Source: Octopus sinensis (Eukaryota). Taken from it: a DNA stretch of 64,000 bases. A program made the position numbers and the translations under genes. Location of the stretch: NCBI RefSeq assembly GCF_006345805.1, contig NC_043000.1, forward strand, positions 56,668,001 to 56,732,000, read 5' to 3'. The notes under the pieces are model-generated. The model ran no database searches. It saw only the letters and a list, made by a program, of their open reading frames with translations, and had not been told where the DNA came from. Of the stretch, positions 26,231 to 38,680 are shown piece by piece (within the stretch, counting starts at the first letter, position 1; each line of letters starts with the position of its first letter).

Positions 26231-26472
26231 TACAGCTCTATATTTAAGAGATGAGGAATTATGTACATTATTCACATTTGATGGATATTTTAACTCATTC
26301 CTAAGGTATTTTTCGACGTAATTATATTATTCCTAAGACACCTGATGAAGGCTGGAGGGTATATCAGCCAAAATGTTGTGTTAACAACAAACAAGATGAG
26401 GACAAACATCCATCAAATGCAAATAATGTAAATAATGTACATAATTCCTCATCTTTTAAATATAGAACTGTA
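26231..26472. mobile_element. Fold-back cassette (~60-bp inverted arms, TA ends) enclosing a hammerhead
   Basis: TACAGCTCTATATTTAAGAGATGAGGAATTATGTACATTATT is mirrored by AATAATGTACATAATTCCTCATCTTTTAAATATAGAACTGTA. Confidence 0.85.
26337..26381 (+). ncRNA. Minimal type I hammerhead, CpG-decayed
   Basis: GACAC CTGATGA A GGCTG-loop-CAGCC AAAAT GTT GTGTT; stem I GACAC/GTGTT; GAAAC appears as AAAAT (two CpG transitions). Confidence 0.75.
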
Positions 26473-26974
26473 GTATAATTATTATTCAGATCACAGACTG
26501 GAATCAAACTCGGAATCTTGGGGTTAGTAGCCCGCGCTCTTAACCACTATGCCATATGCCTGTGGGTCTATCCTTAAACTTATACTTTAAAATATGCTAA
26601 AGGTAATCACTTTACTAGAGTGTTAAATGTTAAAATTTTCTTTTTATTTTTGTAAAACTTTTATTTTCTATTAAGTAAGCGAGGTATTTGGGACTTAATT
26701 TCAACTGAGAGGGGAAGAAGTATTTCTGCCAGGTGATGAGAGACTAGAGTCTGAAGAGAAGATCAGTAATAGGTGCCTTGCAAGTAAAGGAGATACCCGG
26801 TTACCAGAGTAGGAGAACAAGAGGAGAAGGAGAAAGAGAGATAGTAAACAAAAACTAAGGAAGCCCATTTAATATGTGTTTTGTGCATGTGTGTGCATAT
26901 GTACGCATGTGTGTGCATATGTATGCATGTGTGTGCATATGTATGCATGTGTGTGTATGTGCATGCAAAAGTAT

Positions 26975-27510
26975 GTGGTTTAGTGGTTAGGATAACCAGC
27001 TCACAATCATAAGGTCATCAGTTCAATTCCCAGCAGCAGGTTGTGTCCTTGAACAAGACACTTTATTTCAGGTTGCTCCAGTCCACTCAGCTGACGAAAA
27101 TGAGAAGTACCTATATTTCAAAGGGCCAGTCTTATCACATTCTGTGTCATGCTGAATCTCTCTGAGAACTACGTTAAGGGTATGTGTGCCTGTGGTGGCG
27201 CGGCAAGCTGGCAGAAATGTTAGCACGCTGGGCAAGATACTTAGCAGTATTCGTTCTGAGTTCAAATTCTGCTGAGGTCAACTTTGCCTTTCATCTTTTC
27301 GGGGTCGATTAAATAAATACCAGTTACGCACTGGTGTCGATATAATCAACTTAATCCGTTTGTCTGTCCTTCTTTGTCCCCTCTGTGCATAGCCCCTTGT
27401 GGGCATTAAAGAAATAGGTATGTGTACCTGTGGAGTGTTCAACCATTTGCATGTTAATTTCATAAGCAGGCCATTCTGTTGATCGGATCAACAGCTACCC
27501 TCATCATCAT
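26975..27510 (+). mobile_element. SINE family D variant interrupted by a family-A SINE
   Basis: tRNA-like head; body TATTTCAAAGGGCC..GAGAACTACGTTAAGGG shared with 52794-53181 and resuming after 27433. Confidence 0.8.
27196..27416 (+). mobile_element. SINE family A, nested, 17-bp TSD
   Basis: GGTATGTGT(G/A)CCTGTGG at 27179-27195 and 27417-27433. Confidence 0.92.
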
Positions 27511-27998
27511 AACCAATGGAGTGCCAGTGTGTGTGTCTCTGTGTGTATATATTGATATATACTAAGTTACAGAAGCAATCAATGACATCACAGTTTGCAG
27601 CTCAGCTACAAATAGCAACATCACTGTTTGTGGCTGAGTAAGGATCAATAACATTTGCTGGCATTTCCTTTTAAGCAAATAGTCCAGTAGCCCTGTGTTT
27701 TCAAATTTCTGTACAACAATAAAAAAAATAATAAAACCATCACTTGAGAAACAGGTAAGGATTGAGGACAGTAAGAGCATCCAGTTGCAAAAGTCCTACA
27801 CTGATTACCTCTCATCTAACTCATGCTAGCATAAAAAACAGATATTAAGCAAAATGAACGGACTATGTTTGTTAGAGACAGCATGGCATGTGTGAGAAAC
27901 TATAAGTGTGTGTGTATAGATGCGTGACAATCCAATAATACACATACACAAACACATATATATATGAGCATATTTATTTATACATACATATATATATC

Positions 27999-28040
<42 letters not shown>

Positions 28041-28042
<2 letters not shown>

Positions 28043-28545
28043 AGAATTTTTTGCATAATAAGATAAAAAAACCAAGACTCTGTAGATATTAGAGCATTTA
28101 TAGATAGAAGGTCTTACAGCTGTTTCTAGGATATTTATTAATTATATCCCTTCATCGGGGACAGTGTGAGAGGATGGTTAAGTCATAGTTAGTTTAGATG
28201 TGATATATACACACATATATACACACACACACCACAAATGGCAAATACTGAACGACATACACACAGACAAACAAACACTTGTACATAGAATATTTAGGTT
28301 AAATAAACTTTTTATCTAATTTTCACCTTGTACACAATCAAGAATAAGCAAGTTAACAGGTGAGGAGTTTTAAGAATGCTGTAGTAGGATTATTCAATAT
28401 TAACTTGAAGAATTCAGCAAATCCAATGAGTGCTTCTTCACCCACTTTGTAAAGTAGAAGAAAACTTTGCAAGGTGAAAGAATATTTTGCAAAGGGAGGC
28501 AATAACTATTAAGGTCTTCCACTTGAGTGATGATAAACAAAGGAA
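28041..28545 (-). mobile_element. Penelope-like 3' remnant (possible GIY-YIG tail plus HHR repeat)
   Basis: Minus strand ends in R*KLDKKFI*P (RxxxExxxI-like, weak) before a ~120-bp block shared with 31818-31934 that holds an HHR. Confidence 0.55.
28111..28162 (-). ncRNA. Minimal type I hammerhead, CCGAUGA core variant
   Basis: GTCC CCGATGA A GGGATAT-loop-ATATCCT A GAAACAGCTGTA AGAC; palindromic stem III ACAGCTGT; predicted GUA cleavage site. Confidence 0.7.
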
Positions 28546-28885
28546 TGGTTATAGCAAAGAAATCTTAGAAGGAAAACTAGCAAGAAATAAATAAGCAATG
28601 ACAACAATGAAAACGGCAATGGCAGCAGTGGCAAAAACAATGACTATAGCGCTGATGATGATTTCTATTTCTTTATTTTTCCATCAAGGTGATGGATGGT
28701 AGAGATGAGAGATTGCTAGGATAAATCACAAAAAAGAAAAGACTAAATAACCGTAATGATAGAGATAAGATAAAGAAACATGGTGTTAGTTTTAATCTCA
28801 TTCTTATCTTTGAAATTTATCATTTCTGTGTTGGAATATTGAAGTGCAAATTAACAATTTACATATAAATATGTGTGGATGTGTA

Positions 28886-28917
<32 letters not shown>

Positions 28918-29284
28918 CATGTGCACATGCTTTACACATGTGTATGCATGCGAATGCATGTCTATTTATGTGCATGCATATTTAAATATCTGTATATGTA
29001 AGAACATAAGGACCTGTCCGACCAATGGATATGGGAAATCAAACATAAAAAAGGATGATGATGATGATGATGACGATGACAAGGAGGAAGAGGAGGAGGG
29101 TGGTGATGATGAAAACAAAGATGACAATGACAACAACTATGATGATATGTATATCTATCTATCTATTTATTTAATTTTGTATTTATGTGATTCCATGAAA
29201 AGAGACCTCCAGTGCAACCATAACTGGGAAATCAGCCCTTATGAGTTAGTATAACTCAAGAAGGAAATTTTACCTTCTCTTACA

Positions 29285-29665
29285 TGGTTCTGTGTTCAGT
29301 CCTACTGTGTGGTACCTTGGGCAAGTGTCTTCTATGAAAGCTGTGTGAGTAGATTTGGTAGGCAGGAACTGAAAGAAGCCTGTTGTACATGTGTGTGTGT
29401 GTGTGTGTGTGTTGTGTGTGTGTGTGTGTGTACATGTGTATATGTGAATCATTGTGTCTGTTTGTCCCACACACACACACACATCACTTGACAACCGATG
29501 CTAGTGTGTTTACATCCATGTAACTTAGTGGTTTGGTAAAAGACACCAATATAAGTACCAGGCTTAGAAGAAAAAAAAGTACTGGGTTCAATGCATTCAA
29601 CTAAAAATTCTTCAAGGCAGTGCCCCAGCATGGCCACAGTCTAATTACTGAAACAAGTAAAAAAG
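29285..29665 (+). mobile_element. SINE family C, 5' truncated
   Basis: Body and GAAACAAGTAAAA tail match 11282-11700. Confidence 0.8.
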
Positions 29666-29710
29666 GAAAACAAAACAAAGAATTCACACACAAATACATA
29701 CATACATACA

Positions 29711-30213
29711 CTTCTTCTTGATAGTTCATCGGTCTCCAATGAAGACGTAGTCAGTGGTCTCGGCAGTCAGTAGTGGGAATGCATGTGGCTCCACAACCCA
29801 AAGCCAGAAGCACAAAGGCACCTGCAGGTTGGATACTGGTAGTCTGTGATCAGGACTGAGATTAATGCAGTCCAGTGACGTCTGTCCCTTGTGGCTGTGA
29901 GGCACTGCTGTCTATCCTCCTCAAAGGCAGCTACAGCTGTGTAGGTGACTGGCCTCCAAACAGCCCTATTGGTAGCCGCAGTCTTGAGTTTGCAAGGCTG
30001 GATGCCATACCAGTTTAGGTTGCCCTTTAGGGTATCCTTATACCTCAACTTGGGTCTTCCTTGCTGCTTTGTGCATTCCTTCAGCTCATCGTACATCAGC
30101 TGTCTGGTGATGCAGTAGTCATTCATTCTGATGACATGGCTAGTCCAACGTAACTGACTTTTGAGCAGAAGTGCCTTGATGCCCACAGGCTCTGTTATGG
30201 CTAGGACTTCTTG
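29711..30213 (-). mobile_element. RTE (BovB-like) LINE 3' fragment
   Basis: ORF 29767-30234: QLRWTSHVIRM..RQLMYDEL..QGRPKLRYKDTLK, a decayed C-terminal zinc finger CRCLCASGFGLWSHMHSH, a short 3' UTR and a (GAA)n tail. Confidence 0.9.
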
Positions 30214-30528
30214 ATTAGAGACACATACACACACACATAAATGTTATATATCTCAAAAGGTAAATAGACACTATTGTTTTTGATAGATTTATTTCCAGTA
30301 ACAAAATAATCCTAATATATATATATATATGTGTGTATGTATTTACAGGCATATATCTGAGTTTGTATGGTTGTGTATAGAACAATATATTAATCAATGA
30401 AATTCCAACTTAGTCTGATTTTCACGTTTTATTATTTACAATTTTACAATATTGAAATAAACTAGTACTTTCATGCATTATGCAATCATCAGGTTTATGT
30501 AGTGACAATCATGTGCCACAAGTGACAA

Positions 30529-30563
<35 letters not shown>

Positions 30564-30654
30564 AAGAGATAAAGAGATCAAGAGAAGGGCAGAAGCTAGA
30601 AACTATCTGTCTCCTAATGTGTTGAAAAACAGATGTTTTCATAAAACATCTATC

Positions 30655-31330
30655 ATCATCATCATCATCATCATCATTTAACGTCCGCTTTCCATGCTAG
30701 CATGGGTTGGACGGTTCAACTGGGGTCTGGGGAGCCCGAAAGCTGCACCAGTCCAGTCAGATCTGGCAGTGTTTCTACAGCTGGATGCCCTCCCTAACGC
30801 CAACCACTCCGAGAGTGTAGTGGGTGATTTTATGTGCCACCGACACAGGTGCCAGACGAGGCTGGCAAACGGCCACGCTCGGATGGTGTTTTTATGTGCC
30901 ACCGACACAGGGCAGACGAGGCTGGCAGACGGCACGCCGGATGGATGTTTTTTATGTGCCACCGACACAGGTGCCAGACGAGGCTGGCAGACGGCCACGC
31001 TCGGATGGTGTTTTTATGTGCCACCGACACAGGTGCCAGACGAGGCTGGCAGACGGCCACGCTCGGATGTGTGTTTTTATGTGCCACCGACACAGGTGCC
31101 AGATGAGGTGGCAAACGGCCATGATCGGATGGTGCTTGTTACGTGCCCACAGCGGAGGCCAGTCGATGCGGGGTACTGGCTACGGCCACGTTCGGATGGT
31201 TTTCTTATGTGCCACGTGCCACCGGCATGGTACCACAAAGATACAAATTCCATTGATGTTCATCTATTTTGATTTGTTTTGATTTTCACTTGCCTCAACA
31301 GGTCTTCACAAGTGTCACAAGAAGGAAGGT
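30655..31330 (-). mobile_element. Family B retroposon, young copy with internal tandem array
   Basis: CpG-rich intact copy starting (CAT)n TTTAACGTCCGCTTTCCATGCTAGCATGGG. Confidence 0.85.
30827..31230. repeat. ~62-bp tandem array (5 close plus 1-2 diverged units)
   Basis: Unit TTTTATGTGCCACCGACACAGGTGCCAGACGAGGCTGGCAGACGGCCACGCTCGGATGGTGT. Confidence 0.92.
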
Positions 31331-31485
31331 ATATATTTCCTTTATTCAAAATTTGGCTGTATTCAGGCAAGACAAATGCAGCCAAATTTTGAATCAAGAA
31401 AATATAAAGATGTTTTATGAAAACACTTCTTTTTTAACACATTAGGAGACAGATAGTTTCTATCTTCCTCCCATCTCTTTATATA

Positions 31486-31527
<42 letters not shown>

Positions 31528-31534
31528 CATATGT

Positions 31535-31940
31535 ATTTGTATTTTGACGCCAGGCTTAAGTGTGTTGAAATTCGATAAGGAAGTCTGCTCTCTTATCCCT
31601 ATGTTTTGATATATATATATATGTATACATATATATGCATATATATATACAAGTATATAAGCGAGAAGTTGAGGTTATAAGAGATAATGGTGTCATTGAG
31701 ATCCAAAGGTGTCAGGTAATGCTGAATAAGTGCTATAGACAGACCATAGTTAAGTTCCAGATTCGGTAATATTGCGAATAAAGGGTTCAACGTTGGTTCT
31801 ATGTCAGCATGTGTATATAAGGATTTTTTGTGTAATAAGATAAAAAACCAAGGCTGTATAGATATTAGAGCATTTATAGCTAGAAGGTCTTACAGCTGTT
31901 TCTAGGAAATTACTTAATAATATCCCTTCATCGGAGATGG
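31535..31940 (-). mobile_element. Penelope-like remnant
   Basis: HHR block at 31818-31937; minus translation REQTSLSNFNTLKPG near 31545-31595 resembles the GIY-YIG C-terminal RExxxIxxFxTLxP motif. Confidence 0.65.
31887..31937 (-). ncRNA. Minimal type I hammerhead, CCGAUGA core variant (second copy)
   Basis: TCT CCGATGA A GGGATAT..TTTCCT A GAAACAGCTGTA AGA. Confidence 0.65.
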
Positions 31941-32109
31941 TTACCCAAAAAATTCAAAAGATTCTTATATCCAAAAATATATATATATACTGTGAAGTGA
32001 GAGATTGAAATGATCTTCTTAAGCATGCCACACATGCATTCTTTACATTCACAAATGCATATAAGCACAAACCCAAATGTAAACACACACACATATAGAA
32101 TTATGACTC

Positions 32110-32250
32110 TCTAGAATTGTATCCTTGTTCATACCTTTCTCACAGGCATTAACTTACAAAAGTTCAAGAGGAGCATTAAAGGCGTCCCCCCATTCACCAG
32201 GTAAGGAGGGTTTATTAAGGCCATAAATGCTGCCCATACCTCCAGACCTA
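32110..32250 (+). mobile_element. CR1/L2-like LINE 3' end
   Basis: L*NCILVHTFLTGINLQKFKRSIK then stop, matching the LWNxLPxxxFxxxxNLQxFK C-terminal pattern. Confidence 0.55.
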
Positions 32251-32291
32251 GCATTGAAACACACACACATACACACACACGCATGTACACG

Positions 32292-32367
<76 letters not shown>

Positions 32368-32655
32368 TACACGTGCTATTTGGTCATTCAAACATTGCAC
32401 CTTTCTCTTTCAAACCATTCCTTGTCACATCAACTTGCCAGAAAGGAAATTTTTAATTTGGTGTTTGTAAATAAAGAATACAGTGATGAATGAAGATGGT
32501 AAATTCTCTAGAACCAAATAAAATAAGAAAAATGTCTTAAATAAACCCAATCATTATAACAATAATAATTTGTTATATATATATATGTGTATGTATTTGT
32601 ATGTATGTATGTATGTATGTATGTATGTTTGCGTATATATATATGCATGTATATA

Positions 32656-32724
<69 letters not shown>

Positions 32725-32795
32725 ATGTATGCATAGATGTATGTTTGTCTATGTGGTTGCATGTGTGTGTATATATATACATATGTATGTATATG

Positions 32796-32836
<41 letters not shown>

Positions 32837-33189
32837 TGTATATACGCATGCATGTAAAAATTTTAAAATTGAAAACAAAAAAAATTGAAAATATATATAT
32901 AATTGAAAATTATAAAAATTTCCATTTCCAATAAGGAGGAATAATAAAGGTAAAAGAAAGGAAGAGGGAAAGAGAAATTTGTAAGAGATTATTGGAAAAT
33001 ATCAGGCAATGCGATAATGCCAAGAATAACAACAACAACAATAATGATAAGGAAAACAGAGAGCACCACCAGGAAAAAATGAAAATAATTGAAACTGGGG
33101 TGGTGGGGAATAAAGCAATTGAAACTATATTTGGTTATTTAGATCTTGATTTTGTTGGTTGGTTGGTTGGCTGGTTGATAAGATTGGTT

Positions 33190-34500
33190 GATAGAATGGC
33201 TGGTTGATTCGTTGGTAGGTTGGCTGGATGGTCGGATGGTTGGTTGGTCGGTTGGCTGGTCAACCAGTTGGATGATTGGGTTTCATTCTTTTTTCTTTTG
33301 CTGTGGGATAGTAATGGTGGTGATGGTGTTGGTGACGGTGCTGGTGACGGTGCTGATCATGGTGCTGGTGGTGGAGGTGCTGGTATTGGCAGTAGTAGTG
33401 GTGATGGTAGTGTTTGCAGCAGAGGTGGTGGTGGCAGTGGCAACAGCGCTGGAAGTAATGGCAATGGTATTGGTGGCAGCAGCAATGGTAATGGCTACAG
33501 CAGTAGTAGTGGTAGTGGTGATGGGGGGGAGGTACGATGGCGGTGATGGTGGTGATGGTAATGGTGGTGGTGGTGGTGGTGGCAGCGGAGGTGTGGTGAT
33601 GGCAGCTGCAGTGGTGATGATGGTGATGGTTTTGGTGGTGGTGATGGTAGTGGTGGTGGTGATGGCAGTTGTGGTGGTGGTGGTGGTGGTGGTAGTGATG
33701 GTTGTTGTGGTGGTGGTGGTGCTATTGTTGATGGTGGTGGTGATGGTGGTTGTGGTGGTGTATGCTAAAAAGATAGTTTAAAAAATTTTTAATTCCATTG
33801 AATATATATAATATAAAATATATATAAATGGAGAAGGAAAAAATAAGAAATCTGTTCGAAAGAAGCTTTAAAATTGAATCTCGTACAAAAGAAACCTTAC
33901 AACAAAGTCAGTGGTGTGCAGAGTCAGAGAGTAGGAGAGATTGTGCAGCATAAATTCTGACCATGTGCAGAATGGGGGCCGTGGAGAAGGGTTTGATAAG
34001 GAAGGGTTGGAGAGGAATTTGTGGTTGTATAAGCAAGAAAAGTAAATAGGGGATGCGGATGAGGGTGAGATGGAGTAATATGGGCTAGAGTTGTTGTTAT
34101 TGATGCTGGTGGTTGTGGTGGAAATAGTAGTGGTGGGGTGATGGTGGTGGTGGTGGTAGTGGTAGCGATGGTAGTGGTGGCAGTGGTGGTGGTCGTGGTG
34201 ATGATAGCAGTGGTAGTGATGGTGATTATGATGGTAGTGATGGTGATAGCGGAGGTGTTGGTGATGGCTGCAGTGGAGGTAGCGGTGATGGTGGTGGTGG
34301 TTGTGGTGGAGGTGGCAGTAGGGGTGGTGACGATGGCGGGGGTGATGGCTGTGATAGTGATGGTGATGGTAGTGGTACTGATAATGGTGGTGATGCTGCT
34401 GCTGTTAGTGGTGAGCATTGGACTAATGTGATAATGGATTGTGGTGCTGGTGGGTGCAGGGTTGAGGTGGGGCAAGGTGGTGGTGCTGATGTTGTGGCTA
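33190..34500. repeat. Degenerate (GGT/GAT/GGC)n low-complexity tracts (33190-33765, 34100-34500)
   Basis: Direct reading; yields poly-V/M/T/P artefact ORFs. Confidence 0.85.
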
Positions 34501-35364
34501 CAGGTGGCTGGGATGGTTGAGGAAATTTAAATGCATACACTAATTTTAATAGAAATGGCATGAGAGAAAAATAATTTTCTTTTTTTTTTTTTTTGCTTTT
34601 TGCTTTAGCAAAATATCAAAGAAAATATTTTAGGAATACTTAAAATAACCCCCAAAAAAACTGAAAATGTACTTTTTAAAGTAATAATTACATACACCAA
34701 AATATAAGTGCACACACACACACACACACACACATGCATACCATCATCAGCAGTAGCTACATCATAATCAATATAAATTTTGATTTTATACATAGGTACA
34801 AGGCTTCAAATTCAAAGGGAAGTACTTGATTGGTAAATTCTCAAACCTCTAAAAGTACAGAAGGCAAAGCTGACTAACCTCAGTGGGATTTGAACTCAGA
34901 ACTAAACTTTTACATTCTTACAAAACCACAAGAGTTCATGATAGAATATCTTGTCAATCAACATGACCCCTTGTACAAGTTTTGCATTTATTTGATTTCA
35001 CATTTAGGGCAGTTCATAGCATCCTTGTATAGCATCCATTTAGCCCATTTGATAATTTCTTTGTCAGTGTCCATGTTACACTGCCATATAATATCATTGA
35101 TTCGAAAGTGGCAATGAATAGCTTCATTTTGATTTGCCCGGGCAATTAGGAGTTCCAGATTGTATTCAGTTTGTGACAGGCTGTCCAAGCTTGTATCTTC
35201 CTAAATGAGAAATGGCAGCAACACATGGCTAATGAACACCTTTATGGAGACCTGCTGAAAGTTAGCAAGAAGATCAGGCAAAGACAGCTGCAACTATCTG
35301 GTAAATGCATGCATCACTCTCAACTGGAAGCATCCAAATTAGTCTTGCGGAACCCTCTTCATGG

Positions 35365-35680
35365 TGATCATCATCAACATCGTCATTTAACATCTGCTTT
35401 CCATGCTGGCATGTGTTGGACGGTTCGACTGAGGATTGGCAAGCTGGGAGGCTGCACTGGGCTCTGATCTGATTTAGCAAGGTTTCTCCAGCTGGATGCC
35501 CTTCCTAACACTTACCACTCTGAGAGTGTAGTGGGTACTTTTTACATGCCACCAGCACAGGAGTCAGTTAGGTGGACTGGCATTAACCACACTCGAATGG
35601 TGCTTTTTACATGCTATCAGCATGGGTGCCAGTCAGGTGGCACTGGCATTGGCCATGTTCGAATGATGCTTTTTACGTGA
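35365..35680 (-). mobile_element. Family B retroposon
   Basis: Family-B diagnostic blocks. Confidence 0.8.
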
Positions 35681-36360
35681 TATATTATATATATATATAT
35701 ATATATATCGTCTCTATATATATTAAACCACAGTTTTGCATTTAAATTACCTACTACCGGTTACCTTATAATGAGGACTATACATACTAAAGGTAATACA
35801 CCGGGAATGCCTATGGATACATCTATCCCTTAGATGGTTGAATAACCTCAAATTTATATCTTACTTAATGTATATATATCATTCAACCTTGGTAATGGTT
35901 GAATATATTCTTAAGTCCACCATTTCGTCAATTGCAGCAGCTTCCAAGCTTCACCACTAATTCAGTTCTCAACTAAACTGCAAACTGTTAACAGTTTTAA
36001 AGAGGACACCTCCTCAGCTACACTTTGGAATAAATAGTTTGAGATTTGGTTCAGTAGAAAAAAAAGTTACATCAAAATATCTGCAACTTCAACGGGTGGG
36101 GTGGGGGGGGGTTGTAAGGCAGATATTCATCTTCAATTAACATAAATTTTTTAGTTTTAAATGAAAAGTATACTTTTCTTAAGCTTAAATGATAGAAAAA
36201 TGCATGAGGAAATCAGAATCACTATTCACATTGAACAAAAATTAGAAGAAAAAGAGTTATGAAGTAAAATGTTATGAAGTTTTATGTCAGTAAGTAAGGG
36301 AGTAAAGCTTAAGCAATAAGAATAAAGAATATATTTCTAAAATGAATGTTTACATTGTAA

Positions 36361-36782
36361 GGCAGTGAGCTGGCAGAAACATGAGCACACCAGGTGAAAT
36401 GCTGTCTTTACGTTTTGAGTTCAAATTTCACCGAGGTCGACTTTGATATACAGATTATTTAATTAATTCTTTTTATCTAAACACTTTCAAACTTCCAATA
36501 CTGGTAGAATGTGTCACATAGAACAGGTTTTACTCTTAACGTTTTTGACAAAATTTTGTATTTTTGAAGCTGTATTTCGTCTGTCTCTACGATCTGAGTT
36601 CAAATTCCACTGAGGTCGACTTTACCTTTCATCCATTTCGGATCTATTCAACTAGATGTACAGATTATTTAATTCATTTTTTTTTTAACTAAACACTTTT
36701 AAACTTCTGATACTGACAGAATGTGTCACATAGAACAGAGTTTACTCTTAACGTTTTTCACAAAATTTTGTATTTTTGAAGT
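36361..36782 (+). repeat. Local duplication (~120-bp block x2) interleaved with family-A SINE fragments
   Basis: CAGATTATT..AAACACTTT..GAATGTGTCACATAGAACAG..TTTTGTATTTTTGAAG near 36450-36570 and 36660-36782. Confidence 0.75.
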
Positions 36783-37658
36783 TATTTCATTAGAAGTGAC
36801 AATGGACAAATTCGTATTTGATAAGTGCCAATACATGAAACTCTCAGCTTTTGACTTATTCTCTAACTTCTGCCGATGATATATATACATATTACCTAAA
36901 TGTGCAAAAGAAATCTCATCACACAATCGAACCAATGAAAGTGCCTCTATTTGGTCGCTCGACATGCTAAAAATAGCAGCCAAAGTTTCTCCCTACCTAA
37001 ATCACACTCCCAGTGTATGTAATGTCCTAGATTATCACTAAAAAGACAGTTTGCTGAAGGCTGCAATGTCTTTGATGATCGGTTTGCAGTATCTGGGTTG
37101 ATTTGAGGCTAAATAACAACAACATTATGGTAAATTTCTATATTAACACCCACAAGATTTTCACTATCAGAAAAAAAAACAAAAAATTTGATTTTTTGCA
37201 TGGAATCAAGTACCCTGACCTAATATGCTGCAAATCCCTTATTTTGGTTTGGAAAAAATGAGGTGGGGGATTCCCACCCCAATCCTGGAATCATTGGAAA
37301 TTTTTTTTCTTTGAATGAATTCCTTTGACCTCCTAATATTGCAAAATTAGATTACTTAAGGTGAGTCTGGTAACTGATGGTTTTGGGGTCTTGTTGTTTG
37401 TAACTTTAGGTGAGCCATGGTGCAATCAACAACACGGTAAAAATTCTTGCCATTAATTTGGTGTGGATGGGTAATATCAAATAATTCAATCACAACATAT
37501 ATCTAAATTAAACATGAAAAAAATTGATATATTATCATCACTTACATGGAAAAATTGAAATATTATCTTTCAGTATTTTATAAAGTAAAATCTTAAATTA
37601 TTAAGTGACACATTATTAATTATCTTATTACAGCGATGCCTGGAAAAATCATGGATTA

Positions 37659-38168
37659 CATGGAAAAATGCGAGCATGAAAAGTAATATTCTTAAGATTA
37701 TAAACCTGGAAAAGAACAGGACGACAATTTATTACACCTGTAAAAGTATAGGACAAGCTATTACTTCTAGTAAAGAATAAGAAACTTTTTACTTAAAATA
37801 TTGCAGCTAAAATAAAAATTTGAATATTAAAACTTATTTAATTATAGTTTACAAATAACACTATACATATTTAAGTAGAATTTGGCTAATTTACTACCTT
37901 AAATACAGAAAATGTGACTAATTAGACAAACTTACAAATTAGCTGAAAAGTTTTGTACAATAAGTTTAAAAGATGAGAACTGTAAAGAGTGATAAATTAG
38001 AAGAACTGGCATACTTTGCTGCAATATGTTAAGTAAAAAGTTTCTTATTCTTTACTTTACTAGAAGTAATAGCTTGTCCTATACTTTTACAGGTGTAATA
38101 ACTTGTCCTGTACTTTTACATGTTTATAATCTTAAGAATATGACTTTTCATGCTCGTATTTTTCCATG
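37659..38168. mobile_element. TA-flanked MITE with ~150-bp TIRs
   Basis: TA|CATGGAAAAATGCGAGCATGAAAAG..TATTGCAGC is mirrored by GCTGCAATA..CTTTTCATGCTCGTATTTTTCCATG|TA. Confidence 0.88.
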
Positions 38169-38181
38169 TAATATATATATA

Positions 38182-38221
<40 letters not shown>

Positions 38222-38222
<1 letters not shown>

Positions 38223-38430
38223 ATATCATTATCATCATCGTTTAACGTCTGCTTTCCATGCGAGCATGGCTTATACGATTTGACTGAGGACTGGCAAACC
38301 AGATGGCTGCACCAGGCTCCAATCTTCATCTGGCAGAGTTTCTACAGCTGGATGCCCTTTCTAACGCCAACCACTCCGAGAGTGCAGTGGATGCTTTTAT
38401 GTGCCACCGGCATGAGGGCTAGTCAGGTGG
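38222..38430 (-). mobile_element. Family B retroposon
   Basis: Family-B diagnostic blocks. Confidence 0.8.
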
Positions 38431-38632
38431 TATATATATATATATTTGTGTGTGTCTATATATATACATATATTTGTCTGTGTGTGTGTGTGTATATATA
38501 TATAGAGAGAGAGAAAATAGTAAAAAGTGAAAAAACTACAGAAGGCTTGTTTTAAAAGGTTAAAAAATATATATTTGAGTCAATATGTCTGAAGAATATT
38601 ATAAATTTTTTTCTTACAATGACATAGCTTAG

Positions 38633-38672
38633 AAGAAATGACCGGTTTCGCGTTTAGCTTTTCAAATTTCTT
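38633..38672 (-). ncRNA. Minimal type I hammerhead, U3-A8 variant (left arm)
   Basis: Exact reverse complement of 38985-39024. Confidence 0.75.
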
Positions 38673-38680
38673 ACATCGTT

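Noticed and set aside
26489-26560. tRNA gene on the minus strand (and other tRNA-like heads)
   Set aside because: A- and B-boxes are present but there is no proper acceptor stem; these are SINE heads.
26740-26770. Hammerhead-like GTGATGA-GAGAC-TAGA-GTCT-GAAG
   Set aside because: C3 and GAAAC are missing and there is no stem I or III pairing.
30827-31230. CRISPR-like array (also considered for 14327-14660)
   Set aside because: Units are contiguous with no unique spacers, there are no cas genes, and the context is eukaryotic.
32146-32200. Apparent 55-nt exon with strong acceptor and CAG|GTAAGG donor
   Set aside because: The frame extends upstream as L*NCILVHTF..NLQKFKR and ends at a stop, matching a CR1/L2-like LINE terminus; the splice signals are probably coincidental.
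33188-34561. Long poly-V/M/T/G/P ORFs (also 18823-19085, 53807-54166, 58419-58695)
   Set aside because: Translations of trinucleotide low-complexity tracts, open on both strands.
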